IMG/VR virus record: IMGVR_UViG_3300037471_000673 | Location: 32 to 64,031 of that record | Origin: a virus | Taxonomy: Duplodnaviria > Caudoviricetes | Direction: 5' to 3' (one strand) | DNA: 64,000 nt | Shown here: piece by piece, positions 62,811-64,000 of the stretch | Layout: each line of letters opens with the position of its first letter | How positions within the stretch are numbered: position 1 is the first letter of the stretch | Position numbers and translations under genes: made by a program | Notes under the pieces: model-generated | Database searches by the model: none | What the model was told of the DNA's origin: nothing | What the model saw: only the letters and a program-made list of their open reading frames with translations

Positions 62811-63090
62811 GGGTAAAGTTAAGGAGCAGGTTAAAAGACTGCTTCGCAAATTCAAGGTTTACTACCACATGCCGGTAATGAACGGTATGGGGTCTCCGAC
62901 ACTCGATTTCGTTTGCTGCTTCAACGGAAGATATATTACAATTGAAACTAAAGCCCCGGGTGGCAAGCCGACCAAGCGCCAGCAGCAAACGATGCAGGAG
63001 GTCAGTGATGCCGGCGGGTTCGTGTTCGTGGTGTCCGATGAGGCATCACTGAACATACTGGAAGCGTACTTACAGGTCTTATCGCCATGA
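62800..63090 (+). CDS. VRR-NUC domain nuclease (Holliday junction resolvase-like)
   Basis: TPEGKVK...G.PTLDFV...IETKAPGGKPTKRQ...GGFVFVV. Confidence 0.9.
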   Translation: MTPEGKVKEQVKRLLRKFKVYYHMPVMNGMGSPTLDFVCCFNGRYITIETKAPGGKPTKRQQQTMQEVSDAGGFVFVVSDEASLNILEAYLQVLSP

Positions 63091-63287
63091 CACCAACACA
63101 AGCCGCAGCCATCAGCATGGTCCTGTTCCTCGCGCTCGGCGTAGCGTTTTTCAACATCGCGCTGCACGAGTGGCGCGAGGCGCTGTGCCCGCTCGCGCGG
63201 GTTGGTGCCGGCATCTTCGCGGTGTGGGGTGCGTTCCTCGTTCTTATCGCGGCTGTATTTGCCTTCTGCGCCGTGGGGCTGTGGTAA
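63087..63287 (+). CDS. Small two-TM membrane protein
   Basis: Two hydrophobic segments. Confidence 0.65.
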   Translation: MTPTQAAAISMVLFLALGVAFFNIALHEWREALCPLARVGAGIFAVWGAFLVLIAAVFAFCAVGLW

Positions 63288-63532
63288 TGACCTGCATGCC
63301 CCGCGAGCGCCCATTGCGCGTGCTGATGTTCATCATGGCCCGGCACCAGCACGTGTTCAGCGCCGACATCGTCAAGGAGTTCGGCGTCAGCAAGCGCACG
63401 GTCTACCGCGACATGGCGATGCTGCAGAACCTTGGATTTCCGATCGTCGGCAAACCCGGCACGAAGTACCAAGATGGCGGCTACCAGTGGGTGCCGGATG
63501 CAAGCTGGGAAATGCGCAACAGGGCTAGATAG
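63287..63532 (+). CDS. Stand-alone winged HTH (HTH_11/YafY-type, lacking a WYL domain)
   Basis: SADIVKEFGVSKRTVYRDMAMLQNLGFPI...G..GGY. Confidence 0.8.
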   Translation: MTCMPRERPLRVLMFIMARHQHVFSADIVKEFGVSKRTVYRDMAMLQNLGFPIVGKPGTKYQDGGYQWVPDASWEMRNRAR

Positions 63533-63541
63533 GAGACTGCG

Positions 63542-63721
63542 ATGACCTTTGAACGATGCACCGGCTCCGGCCGCACTGTCGAACGCGGCACGGCAACGTG
63601 CCCAACCTGCGGTAAGCCTGTGAAGCTGCTTCGCCGCATGGATTATCCCTATAGCGGAGCGCGCGTGAAGGTGCCGTCGCATGCACCCGCCGTTGGCGTG
63701 AAAGGACCGGAACATGGTTGA
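63542..63721 (+). CDS. Small Zn-ribbon cassette protein (59 aa)
   Basis: AGGAG RBS; CTGSG...CPTCGK; ends PAVGVKGPEHG*; not in the supplied ORF track. Confidence 0.7.
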   Translation: MTFERCTGSGRTVERGTATCPTCGKPVKLLRRMDYPYSGARVKVPSHAPAVGVKGPEHG

Positions 63722-63912
63722 ACCGAAATCGTTTCAAGACGCGCTCCTCGCATACCACGCCCGTCCGTGCGACGAGGAAGCAGAGGCCGTCCGCGCGGCC
63801 ATATTGGACGACGAGAAGCTGCAGGACTTGGCGCTCGATCTTCTACGCGGTGCGATCGATGTGCCTGACTTTCCGGTCGCTGTTAGAGCCGCTCTTGGCG
63901 TGCCATCCGTCT
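63694..63912 (+). repeat. Gene-junction repeat array with TGGCGTG core (window-end part)
   Basis: Cores at 63694 and 63896. The 17 bp TGGCGTGCCATCCGTCT at 63896-63912 is identical to 1292-1308. Confidence 0.9.
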
Positions 63913-63950
63913 TACTGGATGCACAGAAGGGAGGTAACAGCGATGGCTGA
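63714..63950 (+). CDS. Hypothetical cassette protein
   Basis: Ends ALGVPSVLLDAQKGGNSDG*, with the core at 63896. Confidence 0.7.
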   Translation: MVEPKSFQDALLAYHARPCDEEAEAVRAAILDDEKLQDLALDLLRGAIDVPDFPVAVRAALGVPSVLLDAQKGGNSDG

Positions 63951-64000
63951 TAAGCCGGGATGGAGAGAAGGCATCCCCTGCCCTGAATGCGGCTCGTTTC
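63943..64000 (+). CDS. 5' end of a cassette gene (truncated by the window)
   Basis: GGAGG RBS; MADKPGWREGIPCPECGSF... Confidence 0.65.
   Translation, partial: MADKPGWREGIPCPECGSF

Larger units (their letters stand above)
1..64000. mobile_element. Tailed bacteriophage genome (podovirus-like, N4-gp56-type capsid), probably near-complete and circularly permuted
   Basis: Terminase, portal, scaffold, capsid, virion, lysis and replication genes fill the window. There are no host housekeeping genes, and the same repeat array lies at both ends. Confidence 0.95.

Noticed and set aside
1-64000. tRNA, rRNA or integrase/att site
   Set aside because: None was recognisable by eye. tRNAscan-SE and a recombinase HMM search would be needed to exclude them formally.

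Overview
The window is almost all one ~64 kb, GC-rich tailed-phage genome with a podovirus-like layout and an N4-gp56-type major capsid protein. It is probably a near-complete circular permutation, because the same repeat array lies at both window ends. Plus strand 45.2-64.0 kb, continuing at 1-12.4 kb, holds the early and replication genes: strong sigma70 promoters, a DUF3150-like/AAA/vWA-peptidase module, PolA, a PD-(D/E)XK nuclease, VRR-NUC, a SNF2 helicase, a DEDD exonuclease, an SSB-like protein and a primase-DUF927 helicase. Minus strand 44.9 to 12.5 kb is the late operon: TerS, TerL, portal, scaffold, capsid, tail/ejection proteins, fibres and lysis genes. I recognised no integrase, CRISPR array, tRNA or reverse transcriptase. 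The strongest unexplained signal is an array of about 15 small accessory genes at 63.5-64 kb and 1-3.3 kb. It is punctuated by a 7-bp core, TGGCGTG (15 exact copies, all on the + strand, all read as Gly-Val). The conserved left and right arms of this core assort independently, which looks like a frame-preserving gene-cassette shuffling system. Other notable signals are four copies of a 29-bp dyad (GGACA-N4-GTTG-N3-CAAC-N4-TGTCC) in the early region, three adjacent tail-region genes (two of them fibre-like) with Sec-type signal peptides, and an eight-member family of small proteins sharing an L-x-(L/I)-H-G-W-x-P motif. All assignments are by-eye motif recognition; no database searches were run.
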